Below, in pieces: positions 1 through 9,173 of a stretch of DNA of 64,000 nt. Under the pieces are notes generated by a model, which saw nothing but the letters and a program-made list of their open reading frames with translations, did no database searches and was not told the origin of the DNA. The stretch's first letter is position 1. Every line of letters begins with the position of its first letter. Origin of the DNA: Candidatus Latescibacterota bacterium (lineage in GTDB: Bacteria > Latescibacterota > UBA2968 > SICM01); the NCBI GenBank assembly GCA_965217865.1, contig CBDCJO010000002.1, positions 5,696,001 to 5,760,000 on the forward strand, written 5' to 3'. Both the position numbers and the translations under genes were made by a program.

Positions 1-2144
1 TCTTATACGCGAACGAACACCTTGGACATCTCTTCGGTGTCCCAACGGATTCACTGCTGGGACGTAAAGCGCTCGATTTCTATTTTGATCCAGATGAACG
101 AGATAAGATCCTTGAGACATTTATAAGGGACGGATATCTCCATAACCGTGAAATCCGTGGCAAGCGGACGGACGGCACCCCATTCTGGGTTTTCGTGTCC
201 GTACAATCCATCACTTTCAACGGCGAAACAGCCCTGCTCACATGCTTCAACGACATTACCGGATTAAAGCAGGCCGGGGAATTTCTTCGGGAGAGTGAAG
301 AACGCTTTCGAGCAGTCTTCGAATCCTCTCCTATCGGAACGGCGATGGTCGATACGGATGGGAGATTTGTCCAAGTCAATCGAGCGTTTAGTGACATGCT
401 TGGTTATCCGGGAGATGATTTCCTGAACATGAATTTTACGGAAATCACACACCCTGACGACATCCAGCAGAGCCTTCGGCTGGTCAAGCAACTCCTGGAA
501 GGCACACGCGACCACGGCTGGTTGGAGAAGCGATATCTCCACAGGGAAGGCCACTTTGTCTGGAGTCACACCGGGGTATCCGCCTTACACAATCCCGAAG
601 GGAAGGTTCAATACCTGATCGCTTTGACCCAGGACATCACCGAGCGCAAACGGTCAGAGGAGGAGCTGCAGTTCAAGAACATTATCCTTTCCACCCAACT
701 GGAGACATCGATCGATGGGATCCTCGTTGTGGACGCGGATAAAAAGTGGGCCTCTTTTAACAAACGATTTCTTGCGATGTGGGGTTATCCGCCTGAAGCC
801 GCAGGGACAATGACCAGCGAGCTCGCCCTGCAAGCTGTTTTGGATAAATTGGTTGATCCGGAAGGGTTCCTCGAGGGGATAAATTACCTCTATGAGCATC
901 GGCACGAGAAGAGCCACGATAATATCCAGCTGCGAAACGGCTGCACATTTGAGCGCTATTCCGCGCCGATGTTTGGTCCGGACGAAAAATACTATGGCCG
1001 GGTGTGGTACTATCGTGATATCACCAAGCGCAAGCAGGCGGAAAACGAAATGGTACGCCTGGAGCGTCTTCGGGCGCTCGGGGAGATGGCCCGCGGGGTC
1101 GCCCACAACTTCAACAACATCCTGGTCGGCGTGCTCGGGTACGCGCAACTCATCCAGATGAGAAGTCATGACCCGGAAATCACCCAGTATGCAACCTCCG
1201 TGGTGGAAAGCGCGATGAGGGCCCGGGATCTTGTCCACCGCCTGAACCAGGCCGTAAGAGGTGAAGTGGATGGAGACATCAAAGCCGTTCATATCAATGA
1301 AGTGGTGAGGGAAGCCGTGGAGGCGTCCCGTCCCAGATGGGAGGATGAATCCCAGGCCAAAGGTATCACGATCAACCTGGTCTCCGATTTGGATGAAGTC
1401 CCGCCCATACGGGCGACCCAATCGGGCTTATACGACATCCTCATAAATCTTCTTTTGAACGCCGTGGACTCGCTTACCGAAGGCGGTTCGATTACGATTC
1501 GCACACGGTCGGTCGGAGAACGTGTCGAGCTCACCGTGAGCGATACGGGCATCGGGATGGAGGAAAAAATGCGCAGCCGGGTTTTTGAACCCTTCTTCAC
1601 CACCAAGATGAACGTGGGAACGGGTCTGGGGTTATCCACGGTATACGGGACAGTGACCCGATATGGCGGACAAATTGACATAGCGAGCACACCGGGCAAA
1701 GGGACCACATTTACCCTCCTATTCCCAATCTGGATGGAACTCGAAGATACGGAGGGCAAAGCTCCCCAAAGGATCCTGATCGTTGAAGACAAGGAGGTCG
1801 TCGCCGACGTGCTCTCGAATCTTTTGTCAAAGAACAGTGAGGTGGATACGATATTGGATGGGACGGAAGCCCTTAAAACATTCGCACCAGGCAGATACGA
1901 TGTTGCGCTTATCGACCTGGGGTTGCCAGGGACCCCGGGGGATCAGGTCGCACGGAAAATGAAAAACCTGGATCCATCGATAGCCACGATCTTGATCACG
2001 GGCTGGGAGCTCTCAGATGAGGATCCCAGGTTGTCCGCATTCGACTTCCGGCTGAAGAAACCCTTCAACGAATTGAAGAAAGTGGAAGATGCGGTTGCTA
2101 AGGCCTTCAAACTTCATCAATCAAGAATTGCCGGCAAAGATTGA
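1..2144 (+). CDS. Hybrid sensor histidine kinase (multiple PAS/PAC, HisKA, HATPase_c, C-terminal receiver); 5' end lies outside the window
   Basis: Frame is open from base 3 (LYANEHLGHLFG...RTDGTPFWVF, PAS-like). H-box GVAHNFNN, NLLLNA, DTGIGM, PFFTTK, GTGLGL. Receiver ILIVED...DLGLPG...KP. Confidence 0.93.
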   Translation, partial: LYANEHLGHLFGVPTDSLLGRKALDFYFDPDERDKILETFIRDGYLHNREIRGKRTDGTPFWVFVSVQSITFNGETALLTCFNDITGLKQAGEFLRESEERFRAVFESSPIGTAMVDTDGRFVQVNRAFSDMLGYPGDDFLNMNFTEITHPDDIQQSLRLVKQLLEGTRDHGWLEKRYLHREGHFVWSHTGVSALHNPEGKVQYLIALTQDITERKRSEEELQFKNIILSTQLETSIDGILVVDADKKWASFNKRFLAMWGYPPEAAGTMTSELALQAVLDKLVDPEGFLEGINYLYEHRHEKSHDNIQLRNGCTFERYSAPMFGPDEKYYGRVWYYRDITKRKQAENEMVRLERLRALGEMARGVAHNFNNILVGVLGYAQLIQMRSHDPEITQYATSVVESAMRARDLVHRLNQAVRGEVDGDIKAVHINEVVREAVEASRPRWEDESQAKGITINLVSDLDEVPPIRATQSGLYDILINLLLNAVDSLTEGGSITIRTRSVGERVELTVSDTGIGMEEKMRSRVFEPFFTTKMNVGTGLGLSTVYGTVTRYGGQIDIASTPGKGTTFTLLFPIWMELEDTEGKAPQRILIVEDKEVVADVLSNLLSKNSEVDTILDGTEALKTFAPGRYDVALIDLGLPGTPGDQVARKMKNLDPSIATILITGWELSDEDPRLSAFDFRLKKPFNELKKVEDAVAKAFKLHQSRIAGKD

Positions 2145-2247
2145 ATCAGGTTAAATCCTTTTCTCCAAGAAACCCTTGATTCTCCTTCCATAAATGACGA
2201 TACTACTAATAAGATTTCACTTTTTTTGTTGAGAATCGGATCGCGCG

Positions 2248-2601
2248 ATGGCCATTAACCTTGAAACTGCCAAGAGTGGACTTCTAGCCGAACAAAAACG
2301 CCTTGAAGTCTCCACCCATAACACCGCGAACCTGAATACCCCAAAGTTCCGGGCAAGAGTCGCGACCTTACAGGAGCGTCCCACTGGCGGTGTGGAAGTT
2401 CGTGTGGATCGGGTAGAGGTGTCGGAGGAGGGCCAAAAATCCCTCTCGGAGGCCGGTGAACGGGGAAGCCCGGACAACAACGTTGACCTGGTAGATGAGA
2501 GCGTCAGTAAAATCACCGCCAGGGCGGGGTTTCAGGCAAATTCGAAAGTCCTGAAGACACAGGATAAGACCATCGGCACCCTCCTGGACGCGATCGGCTG
2601 A
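2248..2601 (+). CDS. Small flagellar basal-body rod N/C-terminal domain protein (FlgC/FlgE-like ends only)
   Basis: N-terminal HNTANLNTP and C-terminal NNVDLVDE...FQANSKVLKT...GTLLD motifs. Confidence 0.8.
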   Translation: MAINLETAKSGLLAEQKRLEVSTHNTANLNTPKFRARVATLQERPTGGVEVRVDRVEVSEEGQKSLSEAGERGSPDNNVDLVDESVSKITARAGFQANSKVLKTQDKTIGTLLDAIG

Positions 2602-2615
2602 TAAGTCATGAACAA

Positions 2616-2652
2616 GAAAGGTCCCGGATCGTGGAACAACCGGGGCCTTTTC
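2616..2652 (+). terminator. Probable intrinsic terminator
   Basis: AAAGGTCCCGG...CCGGGGCCTTTT stem just after the stop codon. Confidence 0.6.
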
Positions 2653-2780
2653 GTATGCGCCCATCAAAGACTCCCCCGACCCGATCCCCGAGATAGACCT
2701 CACATACCGGCTTTGGGCGATCCTATCGTGTCTCTTCCTGAAACCACTTGACGACCCAAACGCCGAATTCTACCCGAATC

Positions 2781-3725
2781 ATGGAATCCCATCAAACAGA
2801 AATCAAACCGAGAAGCAAGAAGGAATACTTCTGGCTGGCCGCTCGAGGCTACTGTATGGGTGCAGCCGACGTCGTTCCTGGCGTCTCAGGCGGGACGATG
2901 GCCTTCATCCTCGGAATCTACGAAGAACTGATCTATGCCATCCACGCGTTCAACTGGAAATTTGTTCGACGCCTCCTCACATTCAGGTTCCGTGAGGCCT
3001 TCGAAGGATTTCCATGGCGTTTCCTGTTGGTATTGGGTCTCGGCATCGGTACCGCTGTCTTCACCCTCGCCAGGGGGCTGAACTGGTCGCTTATTCACCA
3101 CCCGACCCACGTATGGGGTTTCTTTTTCGGACTGGTTCTGGCTTCCGTGATCGCAGTCCGCAATCGTGTGTCACGCTGGTCTGTATCCGCCTGGATTACC
3201 GCTACGATCTCGACGGTCATCCTTTATATCATCGTGGGCCTTGTCCCAGCCGAGACGCCCGATGCGGCATGGTTTGTGTTCCTGAGCGGGGCGATCGCCA
3301 TCTGTGCTATGATCTTACCCGGCATTTCCGGCGCCTTCATCCTGGTGCTCTTGGGCAAATATCGATTTGCCCTCGACGCCGTTGTTCGGGGCGAGCTGCT
3401 AACCCTCCTGGTCCTTATGGCGGGTTGCGTCGTGGGATTGATTAGCTTTGTCCGCTTGATCCGCTGGTTCTTCCGGTATCATCACGATCTTACGATCGCA
3501 GCCCTTACCGGGCTTATGCTCGGTTCGCTTCGCAAAGTATGGCCGTGGAAGCAGACCATTGCCTCGATACCGGGAAGCCACGGGGAAATAATCCCCATCC
3601 AGCAGATCAACGTTTTGCCCTCGGTTTTCACTTGGGAGGTAAGCCTGACCCTGGGCCTCGCGATATTCGGGTTCGGATTGGTTCTTATCTTGGAACGCCT
3701 TCGCACGTCCCAAAGCGGCCCCTAA
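2781..3725 (+). CDS. DUF368 family membrane protein (undecaprenyl-phosphate translocase family)
   Basis: Duplicated motifs GAADVVPGVSGGTMA and CAMILPGISGA; hydrophobic. ATG at 2781 preferred over TTG at 2748. Confidence 0.9.
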   Translation: MESHQTEIKPRSKKEYFWLAARGYCMGAADVVPGVSGGTMAFILGIYEELIYAIHAFNWKFVRRLLTFRFREAFEGFPWRFLLVLGLGIGTAVFTLARGLNWSLIHHPTHVWGFFFGLVLASVIAVRNRVSRWSVSAWITATISTVILYIIVGLVPAETPDAAWFVFLSGAIAICAMILPGISGAFILVLLGKYRFALDAVVRGELLTLLVLMAGCVVGLISFVRLIRWFFRYHHDLTIAALTGLMLGSLRKVWPWKQTIASIPGSHGEIIPIQQINVLPSVFTWEVSLTLGLAIFGFGLVLILERLRTSQSGP

Positions 3726-3777
3726 AGAAGGGGTGAAGATTATATGTTTGAAGTTTTGCTAAAAATAAGGCGATTTT

Positions 3778-3890
3778 CCCCTTCCCTAAAGGGAAGGGGT
3801 TAGGTCTGACCCCTGATCGAACCCTGATTGGACGTCAAAACTATTCTGAAACATATTTTCTTCGCTGGGCACGGCACGCCGTGCCCCTAC
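3778..3890. repeat. REP-like palindromes between convergent genes
   Basis: CCCCTTCCCT-AA-AGGGAAGGGG (3778-3799) and GGGCACGGCACGCCGTGCCC-CTAC (3867-3890; GTAG-type REP on the minus strand). Confidence 0.65.
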
Positions 3891-4753
3891 AATTTTAATG
3901 CTTTGAAGGGCGACCACAGGAGGTCGCATCTAAGAAAGGACCTCAGTTGGCATAAAATCGCGTTCTCAGGTTGATTCTCCAGACGGGATAGCCAGTAGGA
4001 GACATCAAAATGGCTGTTCCCGGTTAATAAGCGCCAAAATTTTATCCGGTTGACGACTTCGATCCTTCCCTCATTTCCGTACCATTTGTGCGACGTACTC
4101 AATATTTGAGGGATGGAGGGATCGTCAATATCATCCGTATTCCAGAGGCGCAGCTGCCGTACAACTGGGTTCAATCTGAGCTTGAACATGAAACGCCTGC
4201 GATCCGTCCGATTTGGCTGTGCGCAATGCCATATACCGTGATGGACTGCCAGCAAGGTGCCGGCACTGCACACGAGCGGAAGCTGCCCTATGAAGTTCTG
4301 ATACCGGGCGATGTCCGATTCGCTGACTAGTCGGAAATGGCTGCCGGGCAGGCCGCCCATTTCTCGTGGCGTGTCGTGCGAAAAATAGAAAAACTGGACA
4401 TCAAATTCCGCGACACGGGTGTCGATAATGGCATCTGCGTGCCAGACCTGGCCCGTGGGTTTTCCGGCCTTCACGGTGTGAACCGCATGATGATCGTAGA
4501 GAGGGTCCGGCCCAACCAGGCTGTGTATGATCCCCTGGACTTCGGGAAGCCTGAAGACCTTCCCAATCGCGAGTTCGGGCCAGAGATCGCAAAGGGGTTG
4601 ACCGTGATCCTCGCCTCCGACAAGTCCCTGTTCGATTTCTGCAAAGGCCGCCTTGTTCAGATCATCGGGCACCAGTTCATCAAACCGAATGAACCCGTCC
4701 GAAACGAACCGAGCCATCTGTCTGGAAGTCAGTAAGTATTCTTTGTCAATCAT
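3887..4753 (-). CDS. Phytanoyl-CoA dioxygenase family Fe(II)/2-oxoglutarate oxygenase
   Basis: F..DGF start, WHAD, LPGSH, HHGIWH and R..FK motifs. Segment before LPGSH looks ~3 codons short. Confidence 0.88.
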   Translation of the reverse strand: MIDKEYLLTSRQMARFVSDGFIRFDELVPDDLNKAAFAEIEQGLVGGEDHGQPLCDLWPELAIGKVFRLPEVQGIIHSLVGPDPLYDHHAVHTVKAGKPTGQVWHADAIIDTRVAEFDVQFFYFSHDTPREMGGLPGSHFRLVSESDIARYQNFIGQLPLVCSAGTLLAVHHGIWHCAQPNRTDRRRFMFKLRLNPVVRQLRLWNTDDIDDPSIPQILSTSHKWYGNEGRIEVVNRIKFWRLLTGNSHFDVSYWLSRLENQPENAILCQLRSFLRCDLLWSPFKALKL

Positions 4754-5027
4754 TGACCTCCTCCATTTTTTCGAGGATGTATTCGAACTTGAGATATGAT
4801 GTATTATACTCCATACCCGGGTACGCGGGAAACTGTTGAGGAAATTGAATCACCCGCCAGCCGTCCCGCATAGCCTCTAAAACCGATCTATAGGGCGGTT
4901 CGTCACTGCCTCCGGTGGTGTGCGTTTCCTTCCCCGTTCCATCATATACGGCCCAGGCCACGACCTGGCTGTTCAAATCCGGGTTATGCAGATGGAGCAC
5001 GATAATTTTTTGGCGTAAGCTGGACAT
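4746..5027 (-). CDS. Small hypothetical protein, homolog of 47767-48165 (PhyH-associated)
   Basis: 93 aa, overlaps the PhyH start by 8 bp; shares YxSxxEAMxDGWRVIxFP...ExILE with the second copy. Confidence 0.85.
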   Translation of the reverse strand: MSSLRQKIIVLHLHNPDLNSQVVAWAVYDGTGKETHTTGGSDEPPYRSVLEAMRDGWRVIQFPQQFPAYPGMEYNTSYLKFEYILEKMEEVND

Positions 5028-5131
5028 CGTTTGGCCTTTCAGGAAAGCTCTTCATAGAAGGATTGGGGTAACCGACTCGTCCATTGCCCGGGTGTGCGAT
5101 CCGGAATTGTTTGAGGCCTTTCATTGTTCCG

Positions 5132-6076
5132 TCAAGGAGCCACCCTCAGCTCCTGGATGAAATCGTCTGCGGTTCTTTCGAGATCGTATTTCGGACGCCA
5201 GCCCCAGTCCTTTCTTGCGGAGCTGTCGGTGATCTGAATCGGCCAGCTTTCGATTAAATCGACGACCTTCGGATCGGGATCGAATATCAGCTCGACGTCC
5301 GGGATGCGGGCGGCGATGACTTGGGCGATCTGTTTCGCCTGCGGGGCCATAGCGTGCATATTGTATACCCGGCGCGTTAATTTTCCTACCGGTGTGTTCA
5401 GCAAGCCGATCACCCCGTCCAACACATCTTTGACGTAGATAATCGACGGTTGCGTTTCAGGCCGAACCTTGAAGGTAAATCGTCCGCAACGCACCGCCTC
5501 GATAAAGGCGTTGGACGCATAAGAGCTGACCGCTCCCGGTGATGCAAACGCGGACAGCACCACCGGAAGTCTCAGACATCGAAAGTCCAGACCATGTTTT
5601 TCGTGGTAATAGACACCGAGCCGCTCGACAGCGACCTTCGTTACCCCGTACATACCCACCGGCCATTGCGGAAAATCTTCGGGAAGAGGATCGGGCAGTC
5701 GTCCCCCGAATGAGGCCAGCGAGCTGGGAAAGAACACTTGATCCACATCGTATTCGAGCGCCAGTTCGAAAAGGTTAAACGCTCCGTCGACATTCACCCT
5801 CCAGGCCAGTTCCCGGTCCTGATCAGAACTGCCCGACAGCAGGGACGCGAAGTGCAGAATGACCTGCGGCCGATAGTTCTTCAGCACATCTGCAAGATCC
5901 TCGCGAGATCTCATATCCCCACGCACGTAGATACAGCCCTCGGCCGTGGGATTATTCGGTTTTTCAACGACGTCGAGCAGCACCACCCTGCAGCCTCGCT
6001 TCACGAGCTCGAAAGTCAGCTGGCAGGTCAGGTTTCCGCCTCCGCCTGTGATAAGATACGTTCCCCTCATTTCCAA
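5132..6076 (-). CDS. NAD-dependent epimerase/dehydratase (extended SDR, L-threonine 3-dehydrogenase-like)
   Basis: LITGGGGNL, YGVTK (YxxxK), DFRCLRLP, SWP, ARKDWGW. Confidence 0.85.
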   Translation of the reverse strand: MEMRGTYLITGGGGNLTCQLTFELVKRGCRVVLLDVVEKPNNPTAEGCIYVRGDMRSREDLADVLKNYRPQVILHFASLLSGSSDQDRELAWRVNVDGAFNLFELALEYDVDQVFFPSSLASFGGRLPDPLPEDFPQWPVGMYGVTKVAVERLGVYYHEKHGLDFRCLRLPVVLSAFASPGAVSSYASNAFIEAVRCGRFTFKVRPETQPSIIYVKDVLDGVIGLLNTPVGKLTRRVYNMHAMAPQAKQIAQVIAARIPDVELIFDPDPKVVDLIESWPIQITDSSARKDWGWRPKYDLERTADDFIQELRVAP

Positions 6077-6154
6077 TTTCCTTAACTACCCCTCCCATAG
6101 TTTAGCCGTAAAATTTGCATTATGCAATTTGGAATTTTTACTTTGCATGTTCCT

Positions 6155-6270
6155 CCCCCCTGACCTCCGGCCCCTTCCTTTGCCTTTCCTGCCACTGCTA
6201 CTGTTTTCCCCGTCTCACGTCTCACGTTTCACGGTTTTTCTTTTCCCCGACCCCTGACCTCTGACTCCTA
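6155..6270. repeat. Heptamer-rich dispersed repeat, inverted relative to 34505-34720
   Basis: Reverse complement contains GTCAGAGGTCAG, CGTGAAACGTGAGACGTGAGAC, CAGTAGCAGTGGCA and GCAGGAAAGGCAAA, motifs also present at 34.5-34.7 kb. Confidence 0.6.
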
Positions 6271-6273
6271 TCT

Positions 6274-7305
6274 TCAATTTCCTCTGCCCCCTTCCCCCTG
6301 ACTTCTGATGCATCGAAATCCGATATCCCCGTCCGTGTTCTCCGGGAAGTTCCCACCCCGGTTCGCCGCCCGCACGAAGAATGAATCGTTCAAATACCCC
6401 CCACCCCGAATAATCCGAATATCCCCTGAGATATCAAACTCTTCTCTGCCATCTGTGCTGCGATAAGGGTATCCCTGGTTCTTAGTGTTCACCCATTCCC
6501 ATACGTTCCCCGACATATCGTGCAAACCGTATGGGGAGACACCATCCGGATAACGTCCGACATCCGTCGTTCGGTCCACGTTTGAGTTGAAGTTCAACCG
6601 CCGGTCGTCCGGCTCTTCGTCCCCCCACGGATAGGTCCCGCCATCCGTCCCTCTGGCTGCCTTCTCCCACTCGGCCTCTGTAGGCAGCTTCTTATCTGCC
6701 CACTCACAATATGCCCTGGCCCCGTACCAGGAAACTTCCACGACCGGCCGGTCGGCAAACTCCGGAGATTTCAACTCGAAACCCTCCCCTGCCTGAGTGA
6801 TCTGAACGTCCTGATCGCCAAGTTCCAGAAGCTGGTTTCCGTTCGCGTCGGTATTCTTTTTGATCTCATTCAAAAATTTGATGTAGTGAGCGTTCGTCAC
6901 CTCGAACTTATCCACATAGAAGCTATCCAGCAACACCTGATGGATCGGCCTCTCATCGTTCTCTCCGCTATCCGACCCCATCGTAAATTCTCCGGAGGGG
7001 ACCAGCAGCATCGTATCACCGGGCGCAGTCACAAGCAGAGAGTCCGTGCCCCCGGAGACTGTTTCGCCGAAGGCCTGCGCAAACATGAAGAAATCCTCGA
7101 GGTCGACCAGGCCGCCGTTGTCCAGATCGTACTTCGCAAGATCAGCCGGCGCCCGCGAACCGAAAACCGCGGCGAACAGGAAGAAGTCTTCGAAATCGAC
7201 CTTTCCGTTCCCGTCGAAGTCGGGACTCCTGGTCTGTGCATGAGAAGGGAATGGACCCAGGACAAATGACACAAGGCTAATAAACAACACGACCCGCTTC
7301 GTCAT
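6274..7305 (-). CDS. Secreted protein: signal peptide, dockerin/EF-hand-like double repeat, FGE-sulfatase (SUMF1/EgtB/PvdO) domain
   Basis: MTKRVV...SHA signal; DFDGNGKVDFEDFF and DLDNGGLVDLEDFF; FTMG, EVTN, LPTEAEWEKAARG, DMSGNVWEW, RGG, GFRC. Confidence 0.9.
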   Translation of the reverse strand: MTKRVVLFISLVSFVLGPFPSHAQTRSPDFDGNGKVDFEDFFLFAAVFGSRAPADLAKYDLDNGGLVDLEDFFMFAQAFGETVSGGTDSLLVTAPGDTMLLVPSGEFTMGSDSGENDERPIHQVLLDSFYVDKFEVTNAHYIKFLNEIKKNTDANGNQLLELGDQDVQITQAGEGFELKSPEFADRPVVEVSWYGARAYCEWADKKLPTEAEWEKAARGTDGGTYPWGDEEPDDRRLNFNSNVDRTTDVGRYPDGVSPYGLHDMSGNVWEWVNTKNQGYPYRSTDGREEFDISGDIRIIRGGGYLNDSFFVRAANRGGNFPENTDGDIGFRCIRSQGEGGRGN

Positions 7306-7499
7306 TTCCGAACCCTTACCCTGTACATACAGATAGCCGCATCTTACAAGACGCGACTTCTTGACCATCCATCCCCAGCGTTTTTTGTCCAGACTTCCAT
7401 TCGTACGCTCTCCGGACAGGGAGCCGACCATTGAACTGCATAGAAAATCTAAGGGGGATGACGTCCGATGTCAAGACAATTGGGGCTGATTATAACCAA

Positions 7500-7576
7500 G
7501 GGAAAAGACTTTGTCTTTTCCCGGGAGAACCTTCACGGAGCCTGCCCTGAGCTTGTCGAATGGGTTCAGGGTGACA
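7500..7576. repeat. REP-like palindromic element (CTTCGACAAGCTCAGG family) plus hairpin
   Basis: CCTGAGCTTGTCGAA (7546-7560) is the reverse complement of the core at 24930-24944; hairpin GGGAAAAGAC-TTT-GTCTTTTCCC at 7500-7522. Confidence 0.6.
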
Positions 7577-7760
7577 TCAAAACCAATCATTTCATCTGGA
7601 CCACCCTCCCATCGAATCCATTTCGTTCAGCTTATGGCCGGTAAGTTTTTGAAAAAGGCCTTTTCGCCTCTGTGTTAAGCCGTTATTTTGTCAATGCCGA
7701 AATAACACGGTTCTCACCCAATGACGATCGGTCTGTAAACAGCGGAGGTAACGGATTGAT

Positions 7761-8180
7761 ATGAAGAGTTATCGTGAAGAGTTGTGGTTCGATGTCCCGG
7801 GGCGGCGGGCATTTTTAAACATCACCCCGCAGGTTGAGGCCTGCTTGCGAAAAAGCAACGTAAAAGAGGGTTTTGCCCTTGTGAATGCGATGCATATCAC
7901 CGCATCGGTGTTCATAAACGACGATGAAACCGGCCTGCACCAGGACTACGAAGATTGGCTGGAAGAGTTAGCCCCCCACGAACCGGTCAACCGCTATCGA
8001 CACAACCTGACAGGGGAGGATAACGGGGATGCACACTTGAAGCGGCAGGTTATGGGGCGGGAGGTGGTCGTAGCGGTTACGGAGGGTCGGTTCGACTTCG
8101 GGCCGTGGGAACAGATCTTTTACGGAGAATTTGACGGACGTCGAAAGAAGCGCGTGTTGGTGAAAATCATCGGGGAGTGA
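7761..8180 (+). CDS. yjbQ: UPF0047 / secondary thiamine-phosphate synthase enzyme YjbQ
   Basis: [29 protein letters not shown]; RBS GGAGG. Confidence 0.92.
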   Translation: MKSYREELWFDVPGRRAFLNITPQVEACLRKSNVKEGFALVNAMHITASVFINDDETGLHQDYEDWLEELAPHEPVNRYRHNLTGEDNGDAHLKRQVMGREVVVAVTEGRFDFGPWEQIFYGEFDGRRKKRVLVKIIGE

Positions 8181-8294
8181 ATCGTCTTCCAATGCCCCCT
8201 TTATTTGAGGTTCTATGATCGCATCGGTTAGAAGGTAGAGACTAAGCGGGAGGACAATCGAACCCCTTCAGGGGCGACACCAGAAAGTCGCTGA

Positions 8295-9107
8295 TCAACC
8301 TCCGCCTTTCAGGTGTTTGGTTTTCTCCCCGAGTTCCACGAGGCCCTCCACCATACCCCGGATGCGGGGTCGATCGCTGTCCAGGAGCGCGCCATCCGGA
8401 TGAAATGCCTTCGGAGACCACCGCTGCAGCGAGTTGAGGTGCGCGTCCTGAGTCGGCCGGGCTGCATATTTCAGGGCGATATACCGCCGCCTGCCCGTTT
8501 TCCCGTATACGCTGTGGTATAAACTCTGATTGAACATCAGCATGTCGCCAGGATCGGTCTCCACGGCATAACAAGGCACGTCCGCGCCGTCCATCCCGAA
8601 AAAGGTCGGCTCGTCCTCTACGTGACTGCGCTGAAACGGATCGAGATCTTCGTGCAGCGGCGACCGGTGGGACCCGGGGATCACTCGAAAGGCGCCCCTT
8701 TCCTTCCGCATCGGATCGAGATATAGCATAATCTTGATTCGGGTGTAGTCGAGTTCCTGTTTCCCCTGTCTGTCCGCATGCCAGTGGTGGGCGGTGCGGC
8801 CGGGTTGAAAGCCCCGGTTGCCTTCGGATCCCGACCAGATAAAGTCTTTCCCCAACAACTGTCCTACGGGCTCGTAGATGCGGCTGTCCTCCATAAGCGG
8901 CATCAGCAGGGGATGCTTTTCCACAAAAGGCACCGTATGCATATCCTCTTCTTCCTCGGGCGAGCGCCCCAGTTCTTTCTCCCACGTGTCTTCGGATGCA
9001 CGGGAGATCGTTTCTATCTCCTCCCGCGAGAATGGCTGCTGAAACAGCAGGAATCCGAAAGTCTTGAAACAGGATATCTGCTCTGCTGTTAACATGTGAA
9101 TCCCCAT
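8295..9107 (-). CDS. Phytanoyl-CoA dioxygenase family protein (start may be 9095)
   Basis: F.TFGFL, WHAD, VIPGSH, PGDMLMF..SLYH, RR. Confidence 0.88.
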   Translation of the reverse strand: MGIHMLTAEQISCFKTFGFLLFQQPFSREEIETISRASEDTWEKELGRSPEEEEDMHTVPFVEKHPLLMPLMEDSRIYEPVGQLLGKDFIWSGSEGNRGFQPGRTAHHWHADRQGKQELDYTRIKIMLYLDPMRKERGAFRVIPGSHRSPLHEDLDPFQRSHVEDEPTFFGMDGADVPCYAVETDPGDMLMFNQSLYHSVYGKTGRRRYIALKYAARPTQDAHLNSLQRWSPKAFHPDGALLDSDRPRIRGMVEGLVELGEKTKHLKGGG

Positions 9108-9173
9108 TTGCGTATCAGGAGGCTGCGATAGCTGAAACTCAGTTATCGGGCGCCGGTCCCTATCTAACCTCCC

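Noticed and set aside
2176-2203. sigma28 promoter before the rod-domain gene
   Set aside because: Only the CGATA core matches; the -35 element and spacing are unconvincing.
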